Source of the DNA: Xenorhabdus szentirmaii DSM 16338
Lineage (GTDB): Bacteria > Pseudomonadota > Gammaproteobacteria > Enterobacterales > Enterobacteriaceae
Length of the DNA stretch: 64,000 nucleotides
Direction: 5' to 3'
Assembly: GCF_002632585.1 (NCBI RefSeq)
Contig: NZ_NIBV01000001.1
Coordinates: 476,595-540,594, forward strand
The notes beneath the pieces are model-generated. The model saw only the letters and a program-made list of their open reading frames with translations, had not been told where the DNA came from and made no database searches. Shown here piece by piece: positions 21,293 through 30,364 of the stretch. Every line of letters begins with the position of its first letter. Position 1 is the first letter of the stretch. A program made the translations under genes and the position numbers.

Positions 21293-21330
21293 CTATTCTT
21301 TTTCCATCTATTCTTTATTTTTTGGGAAAA

Positions 21331-22572
21331 CTAACCTTTTACACACACCACTTGACGCAAGGTATGCACGATTTCCACCAGCGAAGACTGTGCTTGCATC
21401 ACCGCATCGATATCTTTATAAGCCATCGGGATCTCATCGATGACCTCGCTGTCTTTACGGCATTCCACATGTGCTGTTGCGCGTTTTTGGTCGCTGACGG
21501 TAAAACGCTTTTTCGCTTCGGTACGGCTCATCACCCGGCCTGCACCATGACTGCATGAACAAAAACTCTCTTCGTTACCCAACCCACGGACGATATAGCT
21601 TTTCACCCCCATTGATCCCGGAATAATCCCCATCTGGCCTTTTCGGGCAGATACCGCACCTTTGCGTGTCACCAAAACCTCTTCACCATAATGCTGTTCA
21701 CGCTGCACATAGTTATGATGGCAATTCACGGCTTCCTGCTGTGTTGTGAAAGGTTTCGGGATCTCACGTGACAGTGCTTCAAGCACGCGGTGCATCATTA
21801 CCTCACGGTTCTGGCGGGCATAGTCCTGTGCCCAACCCACCGCTTCCATATAGTCGTCAAAATAACGGCTTCCTTCCTCGAAATACGCTAAATCACGATC
21901 CGGCAAGTTAGCCATATGCTGCTGCATGTCTTTCTGTGCCAAGGTGATAAACAAGTTACCAATCGCATTTCCAACGCCACGGGAGCCGCTATGCAACATC
22001 ACCCAGACACGGTCTGCTTCATCAAGGCATAACTCAATAAAATGGTTTCCCGTTCCCAGCGTCCCCAGATGATTGTGGTTATTGGTGTTCAGCAACTTAG
22101 GGTATTTATCGGTAATACGCTTAAACCCCTCCGCCAATGTTCCCCAATGTTGATCCACAATCTCCGGTGCTTTGTTCCAAGACCCTTTATCACGACCGCC
22201 ACGGTTTACGGTACGCCCGTGCGGTACTGCGGCTTCAATGGCATGGCGAATATTCAGCAGGCTGTCCGGCAAATCAGAGGCCACCAGAGAAGTCCGCACA
22301 GCAATCATTCCGCAACCAATATCAACACCAACAGCTGCCGGAATAATGGCGCCGCGTGTTGGGATCACGCTACCGATGGTAGAACCTTTACCGACATGCA
22401 CATCCGGCATTACAGCCAAGTGCTTAAAAACAAACGGCATTTTGGCCGTGTTCTGCAATTGAATGATCGCCTTGGGATCAACGGGAACGCCGTTCGTCCA
22501 CATTTTTACCGGTGCACCATTCTCTTGCTTCAATAAGTGATAAGCGTTGGCTTTCATCTCTGTCGTTGTCAT
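21331..22572 (-). CDS. rtcB: RNA-splicing ligase RtcB.
   Basis: Near-identical blocks to E. coli RtcB (PDVHVGKGSTIGSVIPT, NHNHLGTLGTGNHFIE, CHHNYV, SCSHGAGR). Confidence 0.95.
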   Translation of the reverse strand: MTTTEMKANAYHLLKQENGAPVKMWTNGVPVDPKAIIQLQNTAKMPFVFKHLAVMPDVHVGKGSTIGSVIPTRGAIIPAAVGVDIGCGMIAVRTSLVASDLPDSLLNIRHAIEAAVPHGRTVNRGGRDKGSWNKAPEIVDQHWGTLAEGFKRITDKYPKLLNTNNHNHLGTLGTGNHFIELCLDEADRVWVMLHSGSRGVGNAIGNLFITLAQKDMQQHMANLPDRDLAYFEEGSRYFDDYMEAVGWAQDYARQNREVMMHRVLEALSREIPKPFTTQQEAVNCHHNYVQREQHYGEEVLVTRKGAVSARKGQMGIIPGSMGVKSYIVRGLGNEESFCSCSHGAGRVMSRTEAKKRFTVSDQKRATAHVECRKDSEVIDEIPMAYKDIDAVMQAQSSLVEIVHTLRQVVCVKG

Positions 22573-23711
22573 TTTTGTTCTCCTTTAATGTGTACCAATC
22601 CGTTTAGAACCTGATCTAAACCGCCATATACCGAAATCTGATTAATGCGCTCTGCAATACTTTCCAATGTTTCCAGCTCCTTTAGCCGTAAGGCAATGGG
22701 ATTGTTTTCCATCACCTTCGCGGTATTCAGCAGAGAGCGGGTCGCCGCTGTTTCTTCCCGGCGCCGGATCACATTCGCCTGTGCGGATTTTTCTGCCTCA
22801 ACAACCTGCGATAAAATGGCCTTCATATCGCCGGGCAAAATAATGTCTTTTACCCCCAGAGAGGCCACTTCCAGCCCAAAATTTTGGGTGATTTCCAGAA
22901 GTTGCTGACTGACCAATTCATCAATGACTTGTTTGTTTTCCAACAGCTCATCCAGCGAACGGGTTCCGACCACTTCCCGCAATGCGAATTGCAACTCCCG
23001 ATACAGATAAGCCACAGGCTCACTGAGTTGTCCGTAAGCCATCAATACATCGTGATAACGCCAGTTAGCGGATAAATTGATGCGCAGATTTACTTTGTCA
23101 CGCGTTAAAATTTCTTGCCCGCTCACTTCCAGCGACTGTAAACGGGTATCGATAATTTCTACTGCAACGTCATACCCGACCCGCCAGTAACCTTTTATTC
23201 CCGGCTGCAAGAGTTCCTGCACCGTGCCATCCACTTTTAAAATACCCAGATGCCAAGCTGGGATTTGAGCAATCAAAACACTGTCCCACCCTTTCACGCT
23301 GTGCTTGCGTGACATGGAGGCCGTCAATAGGGAAACCAGCTCTGGTGATACTTCCAGCTCTGAAGTTTTGAACTTCACAATGCGACGCGGATTACCATTT
23401 TTCCAATACAAACGGCGTGTTGCAGGAGGGAGGATCTCCATCAGCAAATCATGTTCATACAACAATCCCAGCTCATCTTCGGCAAGCTGTATATCGTCGC
23501 AATACTGCCCTATCCAAGAGGAATAATACTGACGCAAGTGCTCTGCCCGTTTTGTCTCAATTTCATTTCCATTCAGATCAAAAATCGTCACTTTCAGTTT
23601 GTTAAACCAATCATAGAAGCGGTATTCGCCAGCCACCAAAATCTGTTGGTATTCAGATTTTTTTGCCAATAAACCTATTTGTCCCTGCAATATTTTTATT
23701 TTTTTGATCAT
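22569..23711 (-). CDS. SPFH/band-7 (stomatin/prohibitin-like) domain protein, the first gene of the rtcB operon.
   Basis: 380 aa with an SPFH core. Its stop overlaps the rtcB start by 4 nt. Confidence 0.7.
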   Translation of the reverse strand: MIKKIKILQGQIGLLAKKSEYQQILVAGEYRFYDWFNKLKVTIFDLNGNEIETKRAEHLRQYYSSWIGQYCDDIQLAEDELGLLYEHDLLMEILPPATRRLYWKNGNPRRIVKFKTSELEVSPELVSLLTASMSRKHSVKGWDSVLIAQIPAWHLGILKVDGTVQELLQPGIKGYWRVGYDVAVEIIDTRLQSLEVSGQEILTRDKVNLRINLSANWRYHDVLMAYGQLSEPVAYLYRELQFALREVVGTRSLDELLENKQVIDELVSQQLLEITQNFGLEVASLGVKDIILPGDMKAILSQVVEAEKSAQANVIRRREETAATRSLLNTAKVMENNPIALRLKELETLESIAERINQISVYGGLDQVLNGLVHIKGEQK

Positions 23712-23937
23712 TATTATTTTCCTTCTTATTTTTATCTTCCCTTACATTCTGAAAACTGAGCATCAGGGCGAGGCCAAGGAGGGAATACACAGGTACCCAA
23801 CTGCGGTAGCTCAGTATTCTGCCCTTAGCTCAGCAACATCTGCCGAGCTTTCAAAATGGTGGTTCTCAACAGGCAACCACAGGATTTTATTTCTTTTTTT
23901 TCAATGTGTTTTACTGGGAAAGTAAAAGGTATTTCAT

Positions 23938-23990
23938 GTTTCGAATTTGGGATTCGAACCCAATTAAACCCTGAATGTTATTCGACCATT
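23938..23990 (-). ncRNA. tRNA-like minihelix (T-arm plus acceptor mimic) in the rtcB-operon leader. Candidate Y-RNA/YrlA-like element.
   Basis: The minus strand reads TCGAAT..TTGGG-TTCGAAT-CCCAA-ATTCGA, a canonical T-stem/T-loop flanked by a 6-bp acceptor-like pairing. It lies downstream of the sigma54 promoter. Confidence 0.3.
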
Positions 23991-24093
23991 GTCTATACAC
24001 TGACGGAATACATACGGCGTAATGGCTCATGCCATCACCCATGCACCGGCTGGATTTTGAATCCGTGCTATTTCAGCGTATGACTCCCTAGTT

Positions 24094-24110
24094 ATTGCCA
24101 ATTACGTGCC
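24094..24110 (-). promoter_or_regulatory. Sigma54 (-24/-12) promoter driving the SPFH-rtcB-NTase-kptA operon.
   Basis: Minus strand TGGCACGTAATTGGCAA. GG and GC have the correct spacing, with one mismatch to the TTGCA consensus. Confidence 0.6.
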
Positions 24111-24262
24111 AACTTCGGAAAAAAACAGAAATATTTTTTATCTATTTGAAAAATAATTATTTTTATTTCAGGTTGTTTTTAGTGATGGTTTTTATGGTTA
24201 GATTTCTTTATCTTTCCCTATCGTTGTTTATAAATTCAGATAAATAAAACACAGAGAAGACA

Positions 24263-25840
24263 ATGAAACGCAGAGTGGCCATCGGGATTTTGGGAACTAA
24301 ATTAGACAGGCGCGGCAAGAAAGCCAATCGATGGGCAAAATGGCGGCCAACCGTCGGAATGTGCCAGCAGCCGGAATTACCGGTTGATAGGCTGGAACTG
24401 CTTTACCAATCCAATGATTCTGTTTTGGCGGAGAGGGTTAAAGAGGATATTGAGCAGGTGTCACCACAAACAAAAGTGGTGTTGCATGAAATTCAAATTG
24501 AAAATCCATGGGATTTCGAAGAAGTTTATACGGCATTGCTGGATTTTGCCGTTCGCTACCCTTTCGATATCGAAAATGAAGAATATCTGGTCCATATCAC
24601 CACCGGCACCCACGTTGCCCAAATTTGCTGGTTCTTACTCACGGAAGCCCGTTATTTACCAGCTCAATTGCTTCAAACCGCCCCCAATAATCAGGGTGAT
24701 GAGATCCATCCCGAAGGTGTTTACACAATCATCGATTTAGATCTCAGCCGTTATACGACACTGACCAGCCGCTTTCTGCGGGAACAACAGGAGCAGGTGG
24801 CGTTTCTGAAATCAGGCATCGCAACACGCAATGCTAACTTTAACCATTTGATAGACCAAGTTGAACGCGTCGCCTTGCGCTCTGCTGCCCCCATTTTGCT
24901 GACAGGGCCTACGGGAGCGGGCAAATCTTTCCTCGCACGCCGGATCTACCAGTTGCGGCAATCGCGCCATTTAATCAAAGGGCAGTTTGTCGAGGTGAAT
25001 TGCGCTACCCTGCGGGGTGACAATGCCATGTCTACCCTGTTCGGACACGTCAAAGGGGCATTTACGGGCGCCATTCAGCCACGCGCAGGATTGCTCCGTG
25101 AAGCAGATAACGGCATTCTGTTTCTTGACGAAGTGGCTGAACTCGGATTGGATGAACAAGCGATGTTGCTGAAAGCCATTGAAGAAAAACATTTCCTGCC
25201 TTATGGCTCCGACAAGGCGGTTTACAGTGATTTCCAATTAATTGCCGGTACACATCGTGACTTACAGGATTGGGTCGCTCAAGGGAAATTCCGCGAAGAT
25301 TTATATGCCCGCATCAATATGTGGACATATCAACTGCCCGGTCTGGCACAACGCCGTGAAGATATTGAACCCAACATTGATTATGAACTTGCCCGCTATG
25401 CTCAAATGCAGCAAACACAGGTTCGTTTTGATAAAGAAGCAAGAAAAATTTACCTGCATTTTGCCTGCTCTGAACAGGCGCAATGGCGGGGCAACTTTCG
25501 TGAACTCAGCGCTTCCATCACGCGGATGGCAACATTTGCCGAAAATGGGCGCATCAATCAATCTTTGGCAGAAGAAGAAATCACACGTTTGAAAAAAAGT
25601 TGGCATGGTGGGCGGCACTCCGCTTTATTGCCTGACCACCTGCCCGACATTGATCTGTTCGATCGCCAGCAGCTGGAAACTGTGATTACGATCTGCCGAG
25701 AATCCACCAGCTTATCGGAAGCGGGACGCAAACTTTTCGCCGTTTCCCGCCAACATAAAAAACGGCCCAATGATGCCGATAGACTACGCAAGTATCTTGC
25801 CCGATTCGGTCTGGATTGGGAAAGCCTTCAACATGGTTAG
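24263..25840 (+). CDS. rtcR: Sigma54-dependent regulator RtcR (CARF plus AAA+ plus HTH).
   Basis: Collinear with E. coli RtcR, with a GAFTGA motif. It is divergent from the rtcB operon. Confidence 0.9.
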   Translation: MKRRVAIGILGTKLDRRGKKANRWAKWRPTVGMCQQPELPVDRLELLYQSNDSVLAERVKEDIEQVSPQTKVVLHEIQIENPWDFEEVYTALLDFAVRYPFDIENEEYLVHITTGTHVAQICWFLLTEARYLPAQLLQTAPNNQGDEIHPEGVYTIIDLDLSRYTTLTSRFLREQQEQVAFLKSGIATRNANFNHLIDQVERVALRSAAPILLTGPTGAGKSFLARRIYQLRQSRHLIKGQFVEVNCATLRGDNAMSTLFGHVKGAFTGAIQPRAGLLREADNGILFLDEVAELGLDEQAMLLKAIEEKHFLPYGSDKAVYSDFQLIAGTHRDLQDWVAQGKFREDLYARINMWTYQLPGLAQRREDIEPNIDYELARYAQMQQTQVRFDKEARKIYLHFACSEQAQWRGNFRELSASITRMATFAENGRINQSLAEEEITRLKKSWHGGRHSALLPDHLPDIDLFDRQQLETVITICRESTSLSEAGRKLFAVSRQHKKRPNDADRLRKYLARFGLDWESLQHG

Positions 25841-25866
25841 GATAATCACATTATGGAACTGAAACT

Positions 25867-26787
25867 ATGGAACTGAAATTTTTAGGCACCAGCGCCGGCG
25901 TTCCCACTAAAGAGCGTAACGTCACCAGCCTGATCCTCGATTTGCAGGGCACCCGCAATGCATTGTGGATGTTTGATTGCGGGGAAGGAACACAACATCA
26001 GATCCTCCATTCTTCGGTCAAGATCTCCAAACTGGAGAAAATTTTTATCACTCACCTGCACGGGGATCATATCTTTGGTTTGCCCGGTTTGCTGTGCAGC
26101 CGCTCAATGGGCGGCTCTACCGACCCGCTTACCTTATATGGCCCGACCGGCATACGCCAGTTTGTGGAAACTTCACTGCAACTGAGCAGCTCTTTTCTGA
26201 CCTATCCTCTGGACATTACCGAAGTTCAGGCAGGGCCGTTATTTGATGATGGTGAGCTGAAAGTCACGGCTTACGCTTTAAACCATCGCGTGGAATGTTA
26301 TGGCTATCGCATTGAAGAACATGATAAAGCCGGTGCACTGGATACCCAGAAACTGGATCAGGACGCCATCCCCCGTGGCCCGTGGATGCAGGCATTAAAA
26401 CAAGGCGGCACAATCACCCTGGAAGATGGCCGTACCATTTGTGGTAAAGATTATTTAGGTGTGCCGATCCGGGGTAAATCACTGGCCATTTTCGGGGATA
26501 CTGAACCAACGCCGGAAGCCCTGAAAATGGCGGCCAATGTTGATGTGATGGTACATGAAATCACATTGGAAGATGCCTTTGCCGAAAAAGCCAATGAACG
26601 GGGCCATTCCACCACCAAACAGGCCGCAGCACTGGCCCGTGATGCCAAGGCAAAACACTTTATCGCCACCCATATCAGCGGACGTTATGGCGTTGAAGAT
26701 TGCCCGCGGTTATTGGCGGAATGCCGGGAAATATTCCCCAATACCGATCTGGCTAAAGATTTTGCCGTGTTCCCGGTGAGAACGTGA
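25867..26787 (+). CDS. rbn: RNase BN / RNase Z.
   Basis: 306 aa with HLHGDH. It is near-collinear with E. coli ElaC/Rbn. Confidence 0.9.
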   Translation: MELKFLGTSAGVPTKERNVTSLILDLQGTRNALWMFDCGEGTQHQILHSSVKISKLEKIFITHLHGDHIFGLPGLLCSRSMGGSTDPLTLYGPTGIRQFVETSLQLSSSFLTYPLDITEVQAGPLFDDGELKVTAYALNHRVECYGYRIEEHDKAGALDTQKLDQDAIPRGPWMQALKQGGTITLEDGRTICGKDYLGVPIRGKSLAIFGDTEPTPEALKMAANVDVMVHEITLEDAFAEKANERGHSTTKQAAALARDAKAKHFIATHISGRYGVEDCPRLLAECREIFPNTDLAKDFAVFPVRT

Positions 26788-26789
26788 CT

Positions 26790-27110
26790 GCTCCCCGCCG
26801 CCTGTAATTCCAGTATGCCCTTCTGTCGGATGTTGAGGGCCGCATTGGTATCACACGCCACATTCGGGACAATGCCATAGACTCTTATTCAGTGGCATTT
26901 CCGCCATTTTGTTTCGCTGGCGTTTCGGCTTCATCATCACAGAGTAGGGAAGCGTAGTATTTTCCTGTCGCGGTTCTGGACAGGGTGACGCTTTATCCCT
27001 TTTTCAATCGCCTTGGTGATCCCAATATGAATTTGTTCAGATAAGGATATTTTTGACAATCGGTCTAACTGTAAATCAAGAGGTTTATCCATTTCGTGGT
27101 ACATCAAAAT
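26790..27110 (-). pseudogene. Frameshifted TnpB (IS605-family OrfB) C-terminal remnant.
   Basis: Translates to ..LWHCPECGV and, in another frame, ..[23 protein letters not shown], which is the canonical TnpB zinc-finger/C-terminus. Confidence 0.55.
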
Positions 27111-27159
27111 TCACCGTTTTTGGGCCTACCGCTTGTACCAAATATAGCGAAAACTCAAC

Positions 27160-27745
27160 AACCACCGACTAAAGTCGGTGGGTTAGTGATTAACGGACTG
27201 AAAGTCCGGATACGCATCGGCTGAACGATGCGTCAATCGTCCATCTTGAAATTATCATTTGGGTTCGGTTCAAAATGGTGGGCAAGATAAGCCTCAATCA
27301 TTTCTTCTGTTAACTGACCCACCGTGGCACAAAAATAGCCTCTGCCCCAAAAATGCTGACCCCAATAGCGTTTTTTCAGATGAGTAAACTCCTCAAACAA
27401 CTTACTCGCTGTCCTCCTTTTCAGCCTCCTCATGATTTCTGAGGGTGCTAATGTCGGCGGACTATTCACCAATATGTGAACATGATCTTGGCTCACGACA
27501 CCACTTAATATTCTGATTTCAAATGCTTCACACGTCTGACGGACTAACTCTCGCACCCGAATACCGACTTCACCCGTCAGCACCTTGTACCTGTATTTTG
27601 TTACCCACACAAAATGATATTCGATATTAAATACCGTGTGGCTGCCATATCTGTAATCCATGTTGCACCTCCCGTGCAACACAGTATCGCAGCTAAAGCT
27701 GACCGACTAAAGTCGGTGGTTTTAACCTTTAATATGGAAGAATAA
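27160..27745 (-). mobile_element. IS200/IS605-family element (a tnpA-only unit with subterminal hairpins).
   Basis: CCACCGACTAAAGTCGGTGG hairpins at both sides (27175 and 27704) flank tnpA. Confidence 0.6.
27233..27661 (-). CDS. tnpA: IS200/IS605 Y1 transposase TnpA.
   Basis: HVHILV HUH motif with a downstream catalytic Tyr region. It is about 142 aa. Confidence 0.85.
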   Translation of the reverse strand: MDYRYGSHTVFNIEYHFVWVTKYRYKVLTGEVGIRVRELVRQTCEAFEIRILSGVVSQDHVHILVNSPPTLAPSEIMRRLKRRTASKLFEEFTHLKKRYWGQHFWGRGYFCATVGQLTEEMIEAYLAHHFEPNPNDNFKMDD

Positions 27746-27848
27746 AAAGCATGAGATTACCGATGACTCCCGAGAATTGTTCCCAAGGATCAGCGGTCAG
27801 CAGTTTTGAAATCCATTGGGTATAAACTGGAAGAGAGGAAGAATAGCC

Positions 27849-28277
27849 ATGAATTACGCACAAGTTTCACCTGAAATCATTCATCCGTTATATAAAAGCT
27901 ATGAAAAAATCCATGCCTCTGAACTGGATCAGGCACTGATTCTGCTGGTGGAAACACGGGTATCCCAAATTAATGCCTGTGCCTATTGTTGTCACCTCCA
28001 TGCTGAAATGCTCCGGCAAAATCATGGTTTGGCACCAGCAAAACTGGATAAACTGCCCGCATGGTTCAATTCCAGTATTTACACGCCAAAAGAAAAACTG
28101 GCGCTGGAATGGGCTGAAGCCCTGACAACAAATCCCAGACAAAATGTGTTGGATGAGATCAAAATCCGCCTTGATGGCGTCTTTACGGAAAAAGAAATTG
28201 TTGATTTAACCGCCGCCATTGCCTTAATGAATGCATTGAACAGAATGGCCATCAGTTTGGGTGACAGAAACGAATAG
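27849..28277 (+). CDS. Carboxymuconolactone decarboxylase / AhpD-like family protein.
   Basis: CAYCCHLH motif and about 143 aa. Confidence 0.6.
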   Translation: MNYAQVSPEIIHPLYKSYEKIHASELDQALILLVETRVSQINACAYCCHLHAEMLRQNHGLAPAKLDKLPAWFNSSIYTPKEKLALEWAEALTTNPRQNVLDEIKIRLDGVFTEKEIVDLTAAIALMNALNRMAISLGDRNE

Positions 28278-28403
28278 AAGCAAATAAAAACGAATAGTTT
28301 CAACCCTTGGGCGATATAACCCGTTAAAACAAAAATTTCTTCCGGCAAACCTTGCGGTGAATGCTATCGTGAGTATAATGCGCGACGATTTGCTGGGAGA
28401 AAA

Positions 28404-28511
28404 CATGAAAGAGTGCGCTGTCAAGGCCGTTACAAAACATCAAGTTAACGAAACACTGTCTGCTGGCAGCGTGGGCGTATTGTTTTTCCCATTGCTTAAC
28501 CAAACATTTAA
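28404..28511 (+). CDS. pyrL: pyrBI leader peptide.
   Basis: The 35-codon ORF MKECAVKAVTKHQVNETLSAGSVGVLFFPLLNPNI ends immediately before the attenuator hairpin. Confidence 0.7.
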
Positions 28512-28542
28512 AAAGCCCCTCAATTGAGGGGCTTTTTTTTGC
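28512..28542 (+). terminator. pyrBI transcription attenuator.
   Basis: aaaagCCCCTCaattGAGGGGcttttttttg. Confidence 0.85.
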
Positions 28543-28584
28543 CCGACCCGTCGAAGGCTCGAGTCATAAAAGAGGAATGTACAC

Positions 28585-29526
28585 ATGGCTAATCCGTTAT
28601 ATCGCAAGCATATCATTTCAATTAATGATCTGAACCGCGCAGATCTGGAATTGGTATTGCAGACGGCAGCTGCATTGAAAGCCAATCCACAGACTGAATT
28701 ACTGAAACACAAGGTGATCGCAAGCTGCTTCTTTGAAGCTTCCACGCGTACCCGCCTCTCTTTTGAAACCGCCATTCAGCGACTCGGCGCTTCTGTTGTT
28801 GGTTTTGCTGACAGCAGCAATACGTCATTGGGCAAAAAGGGAGAAACGTTGGCAGATACCATTTCCATCATCAGCCAATATGCCGATGCGATTGTGATGC
28901 GTCACCCACAAGAAGGGGCGGCACGGCTGGCTTCTGAATTTTCCGGTGATATCCCTGTCATCAACGCCGGCGATGGTGCAAACCAGCATCCAACCCAAAC
29001 GTTGTTGGACCTGTTCACCATTCAGGAAACCCAGGGCCGGCTGGAAAACCTGAAAATTGCCATGGTCGGGGATTTGAAATACGGCCGTACCGTTCACTCC
29101 CTGACTCAGGCACTGGCGAAATTCAATGGCAACCATTTCTGCTTTATCGCGCCGGATGCGCTGGCAATGCCAAGCTATATCCTGCATATGCTGGAAGAGA
29201 AACAAGTCAGTTACAGCCTCCACACTAACTTTGAAGACGTCCTACCAGAGCTGGATATTCTGTACATGACCCGTGTTCAGAAAGAGCGCCTTGATCCTTC
29301 AGAATATGCCAATATCAAAGCGCAATTTGTTCTGCGCGCGGCAGACTTGGCAAACGTCAAAGAGAACCTGAAAGTGCTGCATCCTCTGCCACGTATTGAT
29401 GAGATCACAGTGGATGTTGATAAAACGCCTTATGCTTACTATTTCCAACAAGCAGGTAACGGGATTTTCGCCCGTCAGGCATTATTATCATTGGTCTTGA
29501 ATGAAGAAGTGGTTATGGACAGTTAA
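28585..29526 (+). CDS. pyrB: Aspartate carbamoyltransferase catalytic subunit.
   Basis: STRTR, HPTQ and other ATCase motifs. It matches E. coli PyrB. Confidence 0.95.
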   Translation: MANPLYRKHIISINDLNRADLELVLQTAAALKANPQTELLKHKVIASCFFEASTRTRLSFETAIQRLGASVVGFADSSNTSLGKKGETLADTISIISQYADAIVMRHPQEGAARLASEFSGDIPVINAGDGANQHPTQTLLDLFTIQETQGRLENLKIAMVGDLKYGRTVHSLTQALAKFNGNHFCFIAPDALAMPSYILHMLEEKQVSYSLHTNFEDVLPELDILYMTRVQKERLDPSEYANIKAQFVLRAADLANVKENLKVLHPLPRIDEITVDVDKTPYAYYFQQAGNGIFARQALLSLVLNEEVVMDS

Positions 29527-29539
29527 TAAAAATAAATAG

Positions 29540-29593
29540 CCATTAATATTATGATTGAGGGTAATTACCCTTGGTCATAATATTATTTAATTC
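29540..29593. repeat. Nested palindrome / long hairpin immediately 3' of pyrB.
   Basis: attaATATTATGAttgAGGGTAAttACCCTtggTCATAATATtatt. Confidence 0.6.
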
Positions 29594-29835
29594 AAAGCAT
29601 GTTTTTATTTTTATAAAAATAAAAATTAACAAGATGAAATAATTAAATTATAAATAGTCAATTTAAAATACATGTGTATTTAAAAGCCCTTTTCTTATTT
29701 TAACCTGCCATAAAATTAAGTTATTATCCTGTGTTTCGATAACGTCAGTTTTTCATCGTTATCTTACTCTGTAATTAAAAGCACCCGCCAAATTGATAAA
29801 CATTACGACGATAAATAAATTGATGATATGCACTT

Positions 29836-30349
29836 ATGCAAAGGAAAAAAAATTGCCATCAACAATATGAACATATTTGGGTAGACGAATTTTCATATAG
29901 CTATCAAGGTTCAGAACAGCAAAAGCCGCGGCATTACTTGGCTCATGCTCTGACTCATGCCCAAAATCAACATCAGGCATTGGTTCAGTTATCGGATCAT
30001 ATATTGCATTCGTTACAGGCTGACGAAGGCCAATATGAGAAAATACTCCCTTTTTACAATATCTGGGTACTTGTCGCCATTTGGAAAAACAATTAATCCT
30101 GAACGTTGAAAAAATCTATGGAGAACAACCGATTATTGTGCTGAATACGCAAGATATCAGTGAACCCTTGCCAATTGATACCGGCTCTCTGGAAATAACC
30201 TCGTATCCCTGCCCGCCTTTTACGGGTGAAAACCCTCTTAATCTAAACGCTTCCCCGCCCTGTTCTTATTCAGGGATAAGAAACCCGCTGATTTTGATGC
30301 GCAACTGGAAAGTATTCTGGCGGAGCTGGATAAACAGAAAAATAAATAA
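29836..30349 (+). pseudogene. Hypothetical gene apparently broken by two frameshifts. The three successive frames read ..IWVLVAIWKNN / EKQLILNVEKIYGE.. / ..KKPADFDAQLESILAELDKQKNK.
   Basis: Three consecutive overlapping frames each give protein-like sequence with no recognisable domain. Confidence 0.25.
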
Positions 30350-30364
30350 GGAAAACACACTGCC

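Noticed and set aside
23945-23962. GGGTTCGAATCCC as part of a bona fide tRNA gene
   Set aside because: Only the T-arm and a short acceptor-like pairing are present. There is no D arm or anticodon arm within a tRNA-length window, so it is treated as a tRNA mimic or fragment rather than a tRNA.
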